Assembly (NCBI RefSeq): GCF_003918875.1
Contig: NW_025765037.1
Span: 806,001 to 870,000 of the forward strand
Length of the DNA stretch: 64,000 nt
DNA from: Haliotis rubra
Taxonomy: Eukaryota
Direction of reading: 5' to 3'
The notes below the pieces were generated by a model. That model was not told where the DNA came from. It ran no database searches and worked only from the letters and a program-made list of their open reading frames with translations. The position numbers and the translations under genes are program-made. This document shows positions 1-13,100 of this stretch, in pieces; the stretch's first letter is position 1, and each line of letters opens with the position of its first letter.

Positions 1-456
1 CCTTACAGCATCATTTTCTCAAATTGATATGACAATTTCTCTCACAAGTTAACTGTATTTCCTACATTGACAGCTCCAAGAATAACTGGGCAGTCTACAG
101 GATGAACTTAGTCAATGACAGATGCTAAAGTGATTTTTTTTTGGCACACTGGATTCCATGCACATAGGGTTTCATGATCTATAATGGGAGTACTTGTCTG
201 TTCTTGTAGGCAAGGTTTGCTTTTAAGAATAATAATGTACTTTCAATACATAACTGAGTCTTTCAAGAAATATATGAACTTGAGGATCTGCCCAATCATT
301 TCAGTACTGACATGATTGCAACATACCTTGTCCAAGAATTCTAGGAATCTTATTTTCTAACATGATTCGAACAAGAACTCAATTATTTGTAACACTAAAA
401 TTCTCAAGTATCTTATCAAATTGGAATAAGCGATTGCCAATACCCATTTGATGCCT

Positions 457-604
457 ATCCCTGCCTGTGATACACATTAGGAAGTAAATGGTCAAACACT
501 TGATGCCATCCATTCCCTGCTTGTGATACACATAAGTAAAGGTCAAGCACTAGAAACCTGTTTATCCCTGCTTGTGAGACACAATGGGAAGTAATGGTCA
601 AGCA
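457..604. repeat. Three diverged copies of a roughly 55-bp unit downstream of the EPC stop (probable 3' UTR)
   Basis: TCCCTGC(C/T)TGTGA(T/G)ACACA..AAGTAA..GGTCAA(A/G)CA repeated. Confidence 0.7.
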
Positions 605-1081
605 GTCGACCATGGAGACAAGGTAGAATGTAGAAGATGAATAACATTACACATTCCATTTACATGTCACACACACGCATTCCATAGAATTACCCGTAGA
701 ATTGCAGCATCACTATAATGGGTGTTTAACTGGACAACAGCTGTAACATGTAGCATCTAGATTTAATCATAAGCACTTCACACATGACAAGTATTTCTGT
801 TGTTAGTCCCCATATCACTTGTACAAGAATATATGCACAACATTCTAAACAATACAATGAGTGTTGCCCATTCCGAAGCATGTTTTTCTACATGTGGTGT
901 TGCACTGCAGCCAGGGTTGTATGCATGGCTGTTGTAATGAATAGTTCCGTCGTCTGGCACTACACCAACTCCATCTTGAGTCGGACTGGTAGGGCAGGAG
1001 TGTGAGCCACGCGCAGGTGGCAGTACCAGCGCACGCTCACTGTTGAAGAGTAAATAATCAGAAGACTACTCTCTCCAACCA

Positions 1082-1154
1082 TCAAGTAACATCCATTGGC
1101 AAAACTTGGTCTTTGTTGAAAGTGCTCACAGCATTGTGGTCTTCATGGTTTTGT
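1082..1154 (-). CDS. EPC1: EPC terminal exon 15 (QNHEDHNAVSTFNKDQVLPMDVT*)
   Basis: tttatAG acceptor in phase 2; ends M-D-V-T-stop like the MEVT C-terminus of EPC proteins. Confidence 0.8.
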
Positions 1155-4100
1155 CTATAAATGAAAAATAATGAATTTCTAAATTGAGTGATTTCAAGGT
1201 CTAGAAAGACTTGAAGCAATAATCTCTGATTGGATGAGTTTTGAACAGTCCCACTTTGGTGAAACCCACAACTTGGTGCTGACAAATCTAGGAACATGAC
1301 TGACATGGATTTGATTGATTGATTTTTCTTTAATGCAGCACTAAGCAATAGTCTGGTATATGGCAGCGGTCTGTAAATAATCGAGTCTGGATCAGACAAT
1401 CTAGTGATCTACACAATTTGGATATGATGACACGTGTCAACCAAGTCAGCGAGCCTGACCACCCGATCCTGTTAGTTGCCTTTTATGACAAGTATGGGTT
1501 GCTGAAGACCATTTCTAACCAGGATCTTCACGGGTTGACAGGGATTTGAAATTTGCAAATCAGAAATCTTGCAGCAATTTGTTGCCATGAAGCTGATCAA
1601 CATGTATCCAAATTGTATTTGTCCATCCCAAATATCACACTAATGGAATAGAAGCTGGTGTTCTATTGAAAAGGTCTAAAAGCGAATTATAGTTAAGTTC
1701 CTCACAGAGAACACACACAAGAAGTAAATGACTTTTTTAATGTGATTTTGGCAAACTGTTATGCAGAGTCTGAATATAGTAATAGTTGTAGTATCCAACT
1801 CACTTGAGCAAATTGAGTGCTGTGGCCGGTGTTGTTGACAGCTTGAATGTGCTGGTGTTGGCTGGCATCACTTTGTTGTTTACAGATGGCTTCATGAACG
1901 TCGATGCCGAGGACACCTTCACTGACGTAGCTGCTGTCAAAGCTGTTGTAACTGCTGCCGTTGTCACTGAACACACATTGAGAGGGAAGTTTAACTGAAG
2001 AATGTTAGCTGCTGGTGAGGTTGAAAGTCCACTTGTTTTACCTATGAAAAGAACACAGGATGTCACATGCATCAACCTCAACGCACACCAACATTTACTT
2101 ACATTCCACTAAATTAGTTCATACATCCATCATACCTTTTGAACAGACATATGGATGTAAATAGCTTAAAGTTTGAAGAAAACATTCAAAATTAACAATC
2201 ATAAGAAGTCAGATAGTTTCTAACTTGAGAGTTCACAGACTTCAGTTCCTCTCCGACAATAAAGCCCCTAAACTCTGTCAAATAACGAGATAACATTTTA
2301 ACATGGAAGTCAGTAATACTGAGACTGATTGTTCTGAACACACAATGTCTTTTAGAAATTGGTCAAATATAACAAATGTAATTCTAGTACTTCTGGGGAG
2401 CTGAGTCGGGGGTTTAATTGGATTTCTAGACTAAAAGAGTGTTATGTCGAGAAAAGCATTTGCTAGATTAGACTTCTTTCTGAAAGACCATGTGTATTAA
2501 CAGCTTTTGCTAATGGGAGCCATGCCAATTTACACATCAGAGGGGTACAAAAAGAACCTGACCTAATCTTCCAGTTATCTAACTTCCATCTTTCTGAAAG
2601 CCTTTATATGGATGACATCAACCCCATCCCGACCCTGAAAGTACTAGAATCTCCAGTTTACAAAGAAAGTGTTCCCCCGAAACCCTTATTAAATTGTGAT
2701 CAATGGTAAGGTATTCAATCATTCTTTAACTATTCCTTACTGTCTATCAATGGTCCATTTGTTGTGACAGCAACTGTTGGTGGTGTTGTGGTCGTCTGTG
2801 TCGTCACAATAATTGGCGGTGCAGTTAGTGACGCCGACAACAATGATGATGGTGATGTTGACACGGGGGGGGTAATGAAACAGATGGGGTAGTTGTTATA
2901 TTGTTCGATGAGGATGAAGATGAAGAAGTGGATGTAGTTGTAGTAGTAGTAGTTGTTGTTGTAGCACCAATATTTGCACTGGGAAGCTGAGAAGAATTCA
3001 TCACTGCACTCACAGCAAACTCGGCACTGGCAGAGTCCAATGTAAACCTTGAAGTTGGCTGTGATGAGAAAGATTGGCCAAGAATCACAGAAGAGTCTAT
3101 CTCAGACGCTTCAAGTTGAAGCAGTTTTTCCTCCTGTTCCCGTTTCATTTCAAGCAATTGTTCTTTATGAGACTGGTAGGTCTCAAAGTTAAACTCGACA
3201 GAAACCGGAGTACTTGACGGTGACCGACTACCATGCCTAGAGTCACTGTCAGGGGGCGGAGTTTTTGGACGAAAATGAGGACTGAAAATAAATGTACAGT
3301 TGATAGCAAATGTCAAATAACACATACCTACAGGCAAGCAAGTCATGACTTAAATTTCAGCTTCAGAGATAGAGAAAAAGGGTAAACAAAAAAGAAGTGA
3401 TGTAAAACATCAAAACTTGTTACTAAGGAATCTAGGGACCATTAAGTATTTAATATCGGCCCCTTGATACTTACTCTTAAATTTTGACCACTGCTATTTT
3501 ACCAAGACTTAAAGGTTCAAGTGTTAAACAATATATGAAAAAAGAAGAAGCCTTTTGAGACTTACATTTTTTTCCCCCGTATATATGTGACATATTCACC
3601 GAGCACTTCAGGTGAATGTGAGGGATCACCTAGGTCGAGTCTGTCTAGGCCGTCATCCCAGGGTGTATAAGCTCGATCCAGAATGACTCTAGATATGAAA
3701 GGAATGCAACATTGTAGAACTACAAGACAATAAAGCTAACAGACAGCAGTGTCTGTTTTTATCTACTCAAATTGTGTCCTTCAAACCTTTGGCGATCATC
3801 AGCCTGACTCAACATGGACTGGTAACTTTTCTAAAACATCTATTGCCTGACAACCATAAAAAGACAATACAAAATGATCATAAGAGCAACATCAATCATT
3901 CACGTATTATCTCAGACTATTTCAACCACATAGAACTGGATGTATGTGAGTATGTGAGTGAGTGAGTGAGTGAGTGAGTTTAGTTTTACGCAGCTTTTAG
4001 CAATATTCCAGCAATATCATGTTGGGGGGTAGAGAAATGGGCTCCACACATTGTACCCAAGTGGGGAATCGAACCCCAACGCCCTAACTTGATCTGAAGC

Positions 4101-7100
4101 TTAGTACCCTTAGGAGTGAAACAATCAACAATAGCAGCAAACATTCATACGCAATGATACTATAAAGAGTTCTTGAAACCATTAAAGTAGCCATGTTTTG
4201 CCCAAATTTGATTACAATTGTTTACCACAGTCCAACGTTTTCCATACCTTCAACCCTAAACTTTGTGTTAGTATTCTTAATAAAAGTTTCTGAATGATTG
4301 ATTTTATTATTTCAGGGTAAGTAAGTAAATATTGCTATAATCCGCTACAGCAATATTGCAGGTATTCACAGCTAGTATATTTCAGTGTGTACAGTTGATA
4401 CAAAACATCTGTCAACTATCCTAACTTAATAATCTTATTTCAACTGAACTTGATCAACTTACCGCCCACCCCTGCCAACTCGACGCCTGGAGAACCCAAC
4501 ACAGTTTCTTGGAGGAGGTAGTGACATGAGAGAATATCTGTATTTTTTATCACCAAGGCCACCTTCATCAGGACTACACCAGGACCAGTTGCCTTGACGA
4601 CCCATGAGAGGCTGCAAAAATAATGATTTTGTGGGTTAAATTATGAAATCAATTATCCTTGTTCCATAATACAATACTTCAATTTAATTTTTATTGTGAT
4701 TTTCGTGGATGTAATTGGCTGAAAGTCAGAAAGAGTTCAATAAGATCCAGCATACACATTATTAGAAATATAGGAATTTCATCAATTCTTTACTACAAAT
4801 ATCTAAGAACAAGCAGCTCTTATGGTTAAAAAGATCAATTACATTTTTGATCCATCAACAGCCTTACTATTCTGTCAACTATGAATCGGCTTTGAATGAC
4901 CCGGATACACCGGTAAATGATGCTGAACTGCTGACCAAAAGTAACATAAGGGAAGCACAGAATGATATTCTTCTGGCTCATAAATATTAATCTTCACATG
5001 CCATACAATCCTTTCACAAAATAAGAATCCAGAAGAAAATTCATTCTTCGTAAAAACAGATTTGTGCACTTGCAATTCCAGAATGAGATTGCATACAAAA
5101 CCAACAGAGTGTCTACTGCAAAAGAGACATACTTACAGTGAAATAATGACAATGTTTCCTTCTCTTGAAGGCAAATGGACCATCAGGATCATTTTCATCT
5201 TCATGATCTGATGGAGACATACCCTGGAATTAAAGGACAGATCTTGTAAGAATATCTAAAAATATCTTGTTTCATACAGGAAATTAAGTTCAACTGTGAC
5301 AAACTATCAATTACCCTACACTTATCAGCCTTATTTCAATCTAGCTCTTATTAAGCAAAGAGCACAAGACAACATTACTGGGCTCCGTTTCACAAAGTTC
5401 TTAGCACTTACACCATTCTGAAAGGATTCCAGGTATATGAGAGCATGTCAGTGAAATGTGGGAGAAAAGCCCAAAATGATGCAGATCTTAGATGTTCATC
5501 ACTTTGGGAAAAACAAGACTTTCTGGTTTGGGCGTGCCCAAGGGAGGCAACTCTACACATTGAAAAGTGGTGCTGTACACCGCTGAGCCTCTCCTTCCCC
5601 TCTATACATAAGTAAACGTTGACACACAGCAAAGGATACACGTTTAATAAGAAAACTCACAGGAGAAAGCCCGTCATCATCAGAGCTGTCTATATCTGGA
5701 TGCAAGATGTCCACTTCGCTGTAGTGGGATGAGGTAATGTTGGACGTTTGATGATGGTGGTTGTGATGGTGATGATGCTGTTGCTGCTGGGATTGTTTCC
5801 GTTTTCGATATGCTCGCTTCTTGGGTTTGGGGGCAATATCCTGTAACAACATAAATAGAATAAGAAATTCAATTCACGTTTATGTCTTTGGACTTATCAA
5901 GAATTCACATGGAATCAACGTATGTTTGATTTTAGATTTCTAAGTATTCTTTTAAATCAATCATGTTATCTTGAATGAACAAAAATGGTATCACAAAATA
6001 AGGCAAGCATCTCTATAGTGAGACAGAGAAAAAACCCCTAAAAGTGCATCAGCTTTATTGCAGCCACCATATGGTAAGCTAAAGTATATCATATCAATTC
6101 CATTACGAATAATTACTATGCAAATCAGTTGTAAGAAATATCATTAGCAAGAATGCATGATGAAAACATCTTAATTCATCAAGTTTAACTCCCATACAAA
6201 TATGACAAATGTTTCCATGCTTACCCCATTCACCCCCTGGACCCACTCCCCAGACTTTGAGAGACTAAATGGTGGAATGAAAGACGGATGCTTATGTCGC
6301 TCAGCTTCAGCATGAGCTAACAACTTGCCATCAAAATCTTCACTTTGGTACCTGCAACACAAAGGTATGCCATATTAGCAAGGATAAAATGTTTCAATCG
6401 CTACCAAACAGCAGCAAATCATATTCACAACTAATAGGTCTCAAGAAACTACATTTCAACAAAGTCAGCGTATGTTCTCAAGGTCTGTACAACATTAAAA
6501 GCATGAAGAAATGGTATCTAAAAACCCACGCCAGCTTGCAAAACTGACAAAGACTATCAACATTTAGTAGAAGCAAAAGGCAAACAAATTGTTTATCATT
6601 GCATTTCAGAATCTCCTGTCTCTACTATAGCTAACTACAAATGTAAATGTTCAGTAAGTGTTCCAAGTATGCTTATCTAAACAGGGCCCCAATGTTGGAG
6701 CATGAAAGTTACGATCAACTTAGCGTTACGATAGCTTGGTGCAACAGGGCCCAGGAAGGACAAGCAGGAAATTCTTAGACAGGTCAAGCTGCTACATGCT
6801 GTCTCACCTTTTTTCTAAAACTTCTATTGTTAACTGAAGCAACTCTTTCTTGGACTTTTCCCTTCTCTTGATCACTTCCAGCAACGTACTGCAAAATTAG
6901 AAAAATAGAAATGTTTTATGCTGCATATCACTGTAAAAAATGTGTCCTGAGGGCATGTAAACAAGTGCTTTGATCCACGAGTTCAGATTTACAGGGTTCA
7001 ACAATCATTTTTAAATTTAATGGTTTTCAACTTAGACAAACAAGAAAACATCTAAAAACATTTCCGGGCAATAATGTAATTTTCTGACTATTGTATACTT

Positions 7101-10100
7101 ATCCTGACTCATGCTAATGGTCAAATTTATTACAGCTTTAACATATTGAATGATGCTACAAAAAGTAACTCGCAGAAATCAGCAGTGAAATAGCCGAACG
7201 ATTCTTAATTATACGATTGCCCAGAATAATTAGTAATGTTTCCTTATCCTGACTCATGCTAATTATGCTTGTCTCCTTCCTCTTGCGAATGATAGTGGAA
7301 CACTTGAAATCCCTTGAAGTTCCCTTTAAACATGCGGACATAAAATCCCTCACCCAGGAGTAGCGTCCCTTTCCTCCTTTTGCCGCCCGAATGGTCACAT
7401 GATTGGCCATATTTGTCACTCTCTCCGTATGTAAGCCCAACACCCAGATTTACAGGGAAATCCAGAGTACCATAAGAGAGGTGGTTGGGAGGGCTAACCT
7501 CATGAGTCAGGATAAATATAATATATCAATTTTAGTCAGAAAATTACATATTTTTCCTTATCCTGACTCATGCTTATTATGCTTGCAGAATCCGTCAGAA
7601 ACGGTGGTGGGTCAAGCCACGTTCTGGATTCCCTGGTTGTAGATTTATGTCCTGTATTACCCCCCTTGGGAACTTATGATGGCACTGTTGAAGATTCTTT
7701 CAACCTCTCTCTGATGAGTCTGGGGGGACCACAACCTGACATTTTCGTGTGGATTTTAGATATACTAATATTCCATTAGTTATCTATTGTAACTCCACTT
7801 CCGTGGGCGTCTCAGTGGATAAGGGGATGAATAGGCGCTTGAATATTCGTCTCCTTGTTTTAGTTCTTTGTAAGTAGATTTGAAGTGCTCTAACTGGGCA
7901 TAAGGATAGATCCTGTGTATCCTGTGGCCCAAGGACTGTAGATAGCGCTGGGATGTGGAACTGTCAGGCTGGCTGGGCAGTTGGTTCTTGGCAATAACAT
8001 CCCATCTGAGTCCCAGATGTACGATGTCTTGATTCAAATTGTGTTCGTTCAAAGTCTAGAGCATGTATTTCTGACATCCTTGCAGCTGTTGCTAGGGCGA
8101 TCAGTGGGCGCAACTTTAATCTCCCTCTGCGAGTCATGTCTTGAGCTGAGGTGAGTAGACTGAGCATGCTTTGCCAAGCACATAGTGTCAACGGAGAGAG
8201 CCATGCTTGAGATATCATCTGTTGTATTTTGACCTAACGATCCTCTGGAACGACTATACGATTCACTGGTGTGATGAGTTGAATTCCTAGGAATTGCAGA
8301 TCTTGTTTCGACTCCAGTTCCAACTTGAGGAGATTCACTAGCCATCCTAGTTGAGTGAGCAGCCTGATGGTGAAATCTAGTTGCAGTCTGAGTTGACTGG
8401 GATCTTGATTAGCTTGAATCCTGTTGTCCAGGTAGAAAGCACTGCATAGACCTCGACAATGTAGATATATACTGATGGGCTTTGTCACTCGAGTAAACAA
8501 CCAGGGGGCCGACGATATTCCAAATGGCAGGACCTTCCATTGGAAATGACGTCCGTTAAAGAGGAATCGTAGATATCTCCTTGATTCCGGATGGATTGGG
8601 ATGTGGAGGTCCACATCTTGCAGATCTATGCTGGCGAGGTAGTCTGCTGGACAAATGACATGTCGGAGCTGAGGAAGATGTATCATCTTGAATTTTGCTG
8701 GTCTGCGTAGATACTCCCGGCTGAACTTCCTAATGTTGTAGATGAGCCGAAATTTCTCCTTGGAATTCTTCTTCGGTACCAGGAAAATTGAGGAGTAGAA
8801 CCCTGGCGTGATGAGATCTTGATCTAACTCTTCTACTTCCTCTTTGTCGAGTAGGGCCTTGATAGAATCGTCCAGTTTTCCTATCTGGTCGGCTGCGTAG
8901 TTGGAGGCCATCGGGTTGCTTGTGAGCGGGCGAGTGGCTTCTAACTGTATCTTGTACCCTCTGCGCAGTATCTGGGATACGTAGTCCTCCTGTAGTATTC
9001 CCCAATTCCCACAGTACCGTTGAAGACATCCACCCACTGTCCAAGGTTGTACAGGAACGGCTGGAGGTGGAAGACTCCAGTAGTTCCAAACCTGGCCTTC
9101 AATGCTTGATTCCTCTTGCACCCCTGGGTGCTCGGCCTCTTCCGGGGTTACCTCTAGGAGCTCTGGTTGGGCGACAAAAGGAGCCTCTTCCTCCTTTCAT
9201 ACTGGAATACTTCTTTTCTCTGGCTCTCTAGACTCCTGCAACTTAGATTTGCTGGAGTAGCGTTGGGACGTCTGACGAATCACGTTAGCCAAAGTGTCGA
9301 TGGATGATGGATTTAATCATCATAACTTCCCTAGAGTCATGAGAGACTTCTCTGGGGACTTCTTCAATTCCTCCTCCGAAGATGTAAGATGATGACCATG
9401 GGGTTCTGTATAGAGACTTGGTGAAGCGTTCACTCCAAGTGCATGCTGACAATAACCCTTGTCTTCTCAGGAGAGTCAAGCCCGCTGAGGTGGATACTAG
9501 GTGCTCCGACATAAATTGATGGTCTCTCTTCTTCGTAAGTAGAGCGGAGTATATCATCCGGTCTTCTTCGGCCGAGGAATTCTTGAACTTCGAGATGAGT
9601 GTTTCGTTGATAGCCCTCGATCTGGCTAATCCGAAGAAAGTACGTCTGGTGGTTGTATCCAGCTGCGCTAACTTCTTATCATCAATCTTGTATGTTCTTT
9701 GACAGGAATCGGTGATAATCTTATAGTCATCATCAACCTCTGGAGCCTTCAGGAAGGGTTCCATCTTATGTAGAGGGAATTTCCTGGCGTTGAATGTCAG
9801 GATGTGCTGACTCTGCGACTTGGTGGCTTTATCAAAAGCTGCATTGAGGTTGTCTGGTACTTGGGTTGGTCGGTGGAAAGGTGAGTGTGTCGAAATCAAC
9901 TTTGGACATCTTGTAGGTAAACACCTCATCTGTGTCCTTAGAAGGTGATGATAAGTCCAAGCCATTGGCGATCCAGGAGTTAATTTCCGTATCGGAGAAG
10001 ACGCCTTCACTTTCATCCTGATTTAGACATCTCTCGCTTTAAGGATGCACGACGACTTGAGTCTCTATAGGATGATCTATAAGATGAGTTTCGCACAGGC

Positions 10101-13100
10101 GATCGATCCCATGTGATCTTGAATCCTTCCTGGGGGGTTGAGATAATTCTCTAGACCTTCGTGAAGGTGGATTCCTGGACGTAGCTTCCCCTCTGTAGGA
10201 GTGCCTTCGCGCAGGCTCTTGATGGGCGTCAGAGTCTGATGGAGATGACGATTCATATCTGCAACGTCTGTAGGGTTCGGGAGAACGCCTTGATTCCTTC
10301 CTGCGTGGAGACTTCTTTGCACCATTCTCTGGGGCTATCTCTGGTACAGGGGAGGAAAAAACTTTAAAATTGCTAGTGTACTCCGGTACAGTGGCACATG
10401 TAAAATCACTTGCCCTGATAATTTTCCCTTATACGGGCTGTTTTCTTGTTGATTTTTTTAAATAAACAACATAATTAACATTGGAAAGTCAACTGGACAC
10501 CAGTACAATGTGATATACAAATTTGCTTGCCCGACAGGAAAAAACACTGGAGTCGGACGTCTGGCAATGGGATTTTTCCACCCCTGCTGGTACCCGATGT
10601 CTGCGTTGATAGTAGGTCTTCTGTCAATGTCTGCGCTGATACCAATGTCGATGTAGCTGTAGCAGCAGACTTTGTCTTCTTACTGACGATAGGACTTCAG
10701 GTATGAGGATGGGTGGATCATCATAAACATCTGCTTCTTCCGGAGGAACAATCTCGGCTGAGAAAGACCTCGTCTTCTGTGTAGAGCTGATCTTAGACTT
10801 CGCTGAAGTCTTCATGGTAGTAGCCTTCTTTTTCTGCGAAGATGAAGATTTGGTCTTCTTCATCTGCAATGAGGTCAGCTAAGTAGACGATGATCTCTTA
10901 TGGCCTCCGGCGTTCACCCCTGGTACATCGACCTGCTCGTGAGAAACGTTCAGCAATTCACTAGAATTATGAATATCTGCAGCAGTGGTTAACACACGGT
11001 TATCAGCGCAATCACTCGATTTAGACATGACTTGTGAATACCTACATACCCAGTCCTTAGCACATCTATGGATGGAAAAAAGGTAATTATTGAATTCAAC
11101 CGAATTTAATTTTACACAATACTTACAGCGAGAGCTGAAAGAACATGAAACAGTGCAAGTAGGACATAATAAATGAGGGTCAGCCGCAGACACTCGGTAC
11201 CTACAACGAATACAAGTTTTCATCAATTGTAAACATGAAGAAAACACGTCAAACAATGGAAAATTTAGAACAAATTTCAAACCGTAATGTAGAATATAAT
11301 CCTAAAAACTGAATACAGCAATAATTTTGATGTAAGGTCCGATATTATAAAAGGATATGTGCCGTATAGGGACTCAGGTGCTCTCACAACCGTCCTCAAG
11401 GGCGAAGAAGGAGAGTGTGACAAATATGGCCGATCATGTGACCATTTGGGTGCCAAAGGGAGGAAAGGGATGCTACTCCTGGGTGAGTGATTTTACATCC
11501 CCTTTTTCAAAGGGAACTTCAAGGGATTTCAAGTGTTCCACTATCATTCGCAAGAGAAAGGAGACAAGCATAATTAGCATGAGTCAGGATAAGAAAACAT
11601 TACTAATTATTCTGGGCAATCGTATAATTAAGAATCGTTTGGCTATTTCACTGCTGATTTCTGCGAGTTACTTTTTGTAGCATCATTCAATATGTTAAAG
11701 CTGTAATAAATTTGACCAAATTTCTTGCATTGTTAAATTGTGGTTCATACTTTAACTAATGGACTGGTATGAAGATAAATGCTGTTTTAAAGTTAATTCC
11801 ATGTTGATGAGTGGTTTATGTGATTTTGTACTTGAGCTGAAAACTGTTCAGCAAATCAACTGTTTCCATTGTGACACAAAGTATGGAGTTTCCATAATTC
11901 TTATGCTAGTTTGATTCACTCTGGTTACAAATATCCTCACTCCACAGTTGCCATGGGAATAACATTAAACATTAATACATCCTACAGATTGGTTTACTGG
12001 GTGTGGTCTGAGTTACCTCCCTTGATCTAGACCCTGATTATAGATGTCCTTAACACAATGGAGTCAAACTAATCATCTGTAGTGTAACTGATCACTAGAT
12101 ATGCTAAAAGTACAAGAGAATCAACTTCAATCAACACTTCTGCTACATTTGCCATCTATTGAGGACCCATAAAAATTGTATCCCCATTATCAATTTTCAC
12201 AGGAATATGCTAGTGGATTCCTCAACTTCCGGTGTTAATAAACACAGCAGATTTCCATCTTGAGAGTTTGTAAAACCCATGCATTTATTACAGTTAAATC
12301 TTGGGTGTTTCAAGGTGAGCGATTCTAGACAATATTTATATATCATATATATATATATATGATACTCACACTGCACGACTGAGGTCCCTCCTGAGTTTCA
12401 ACATTTTTTCATATGAGACTTCATCATTCTTGCGATTCTGAAATGAAATAAATCAGTGGATTTCAAGGTTCTGACAAAAAGGTCTTCAGTTTGAAAATTA
12501 CTTTCACTGAACGATCTTCAAAGCAAAACATTAGGATTATGGCAAGAACTCAGTAATTGTAATTCAAAGATTACATACTATTTACACAAATTTTTTGCTT
12601 TGTTGAGTACACTTCCATGCAGGCCTGGAAAAACAGTAAGAATGTACCTTTCTCGTTTGCATCTTCTCCGTTCTCCGTCGGAAGGCTACGTATGGGTTAT
12701 TTGTGGTTGACCCATCACGCTTCTCAGTCTTCACAGTTGCTATCAATGGCTGTTGCTGTAAAGGATTAACATTTAATCCATCAAATTTTGTTACTTATCA
12801 TAAAGAAGTTTCAATAAGCCTACACAGAGAAACAAGAAGACAAAGTCATCAATATCCCCCGCATAATGGCAAAATACTCTTCATGATTATGTGTACGAGT
12901 TTTGATTATGTCAAATATTTAGGTGTGTATATAGAAAAGTAGAAGGAGAGTATTGAAAGGTTTTTAAAGTTCTGCTCCGGAAAAGAGCACTACCACTAAT
13001 TTCAGTTTAGTCAATCTTGTTGCCATGGAAATGCCAAAAATATTTTATTCAGAATTCCAAAACTACCAAAAGGCACCAGTACACCACCAGACCAATGTAT

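Larger units (their letters stand above)
7073..11718 (-). mobile_element. DIRS1-like tyrosine-recombinase retrotransposon, internally deleted and inactive, in EPC intron 6
   Basis: About 309-bp inverted terminal repeats (7118-7426 / 11410-11718), terminal extension 7073-7117, internal complementary region about 7500-7585, gag-like, RT and YR ORF fragments on the minus strand. Confidence 0.9.

Noticed and set aside
1155-1399. Upstream part of ORF 1082-1399 as EPC coding sequence
   Set aside because: Starts inside a family B SINE; the phase-compatible acceptor I found is at 1155
7156-11680. Two near-identical small ORFs (7156-7443 minus, 11357-11680 plus)
   Set aside because: They are the two DIRS inverted terminal repeats, not duplicated genes
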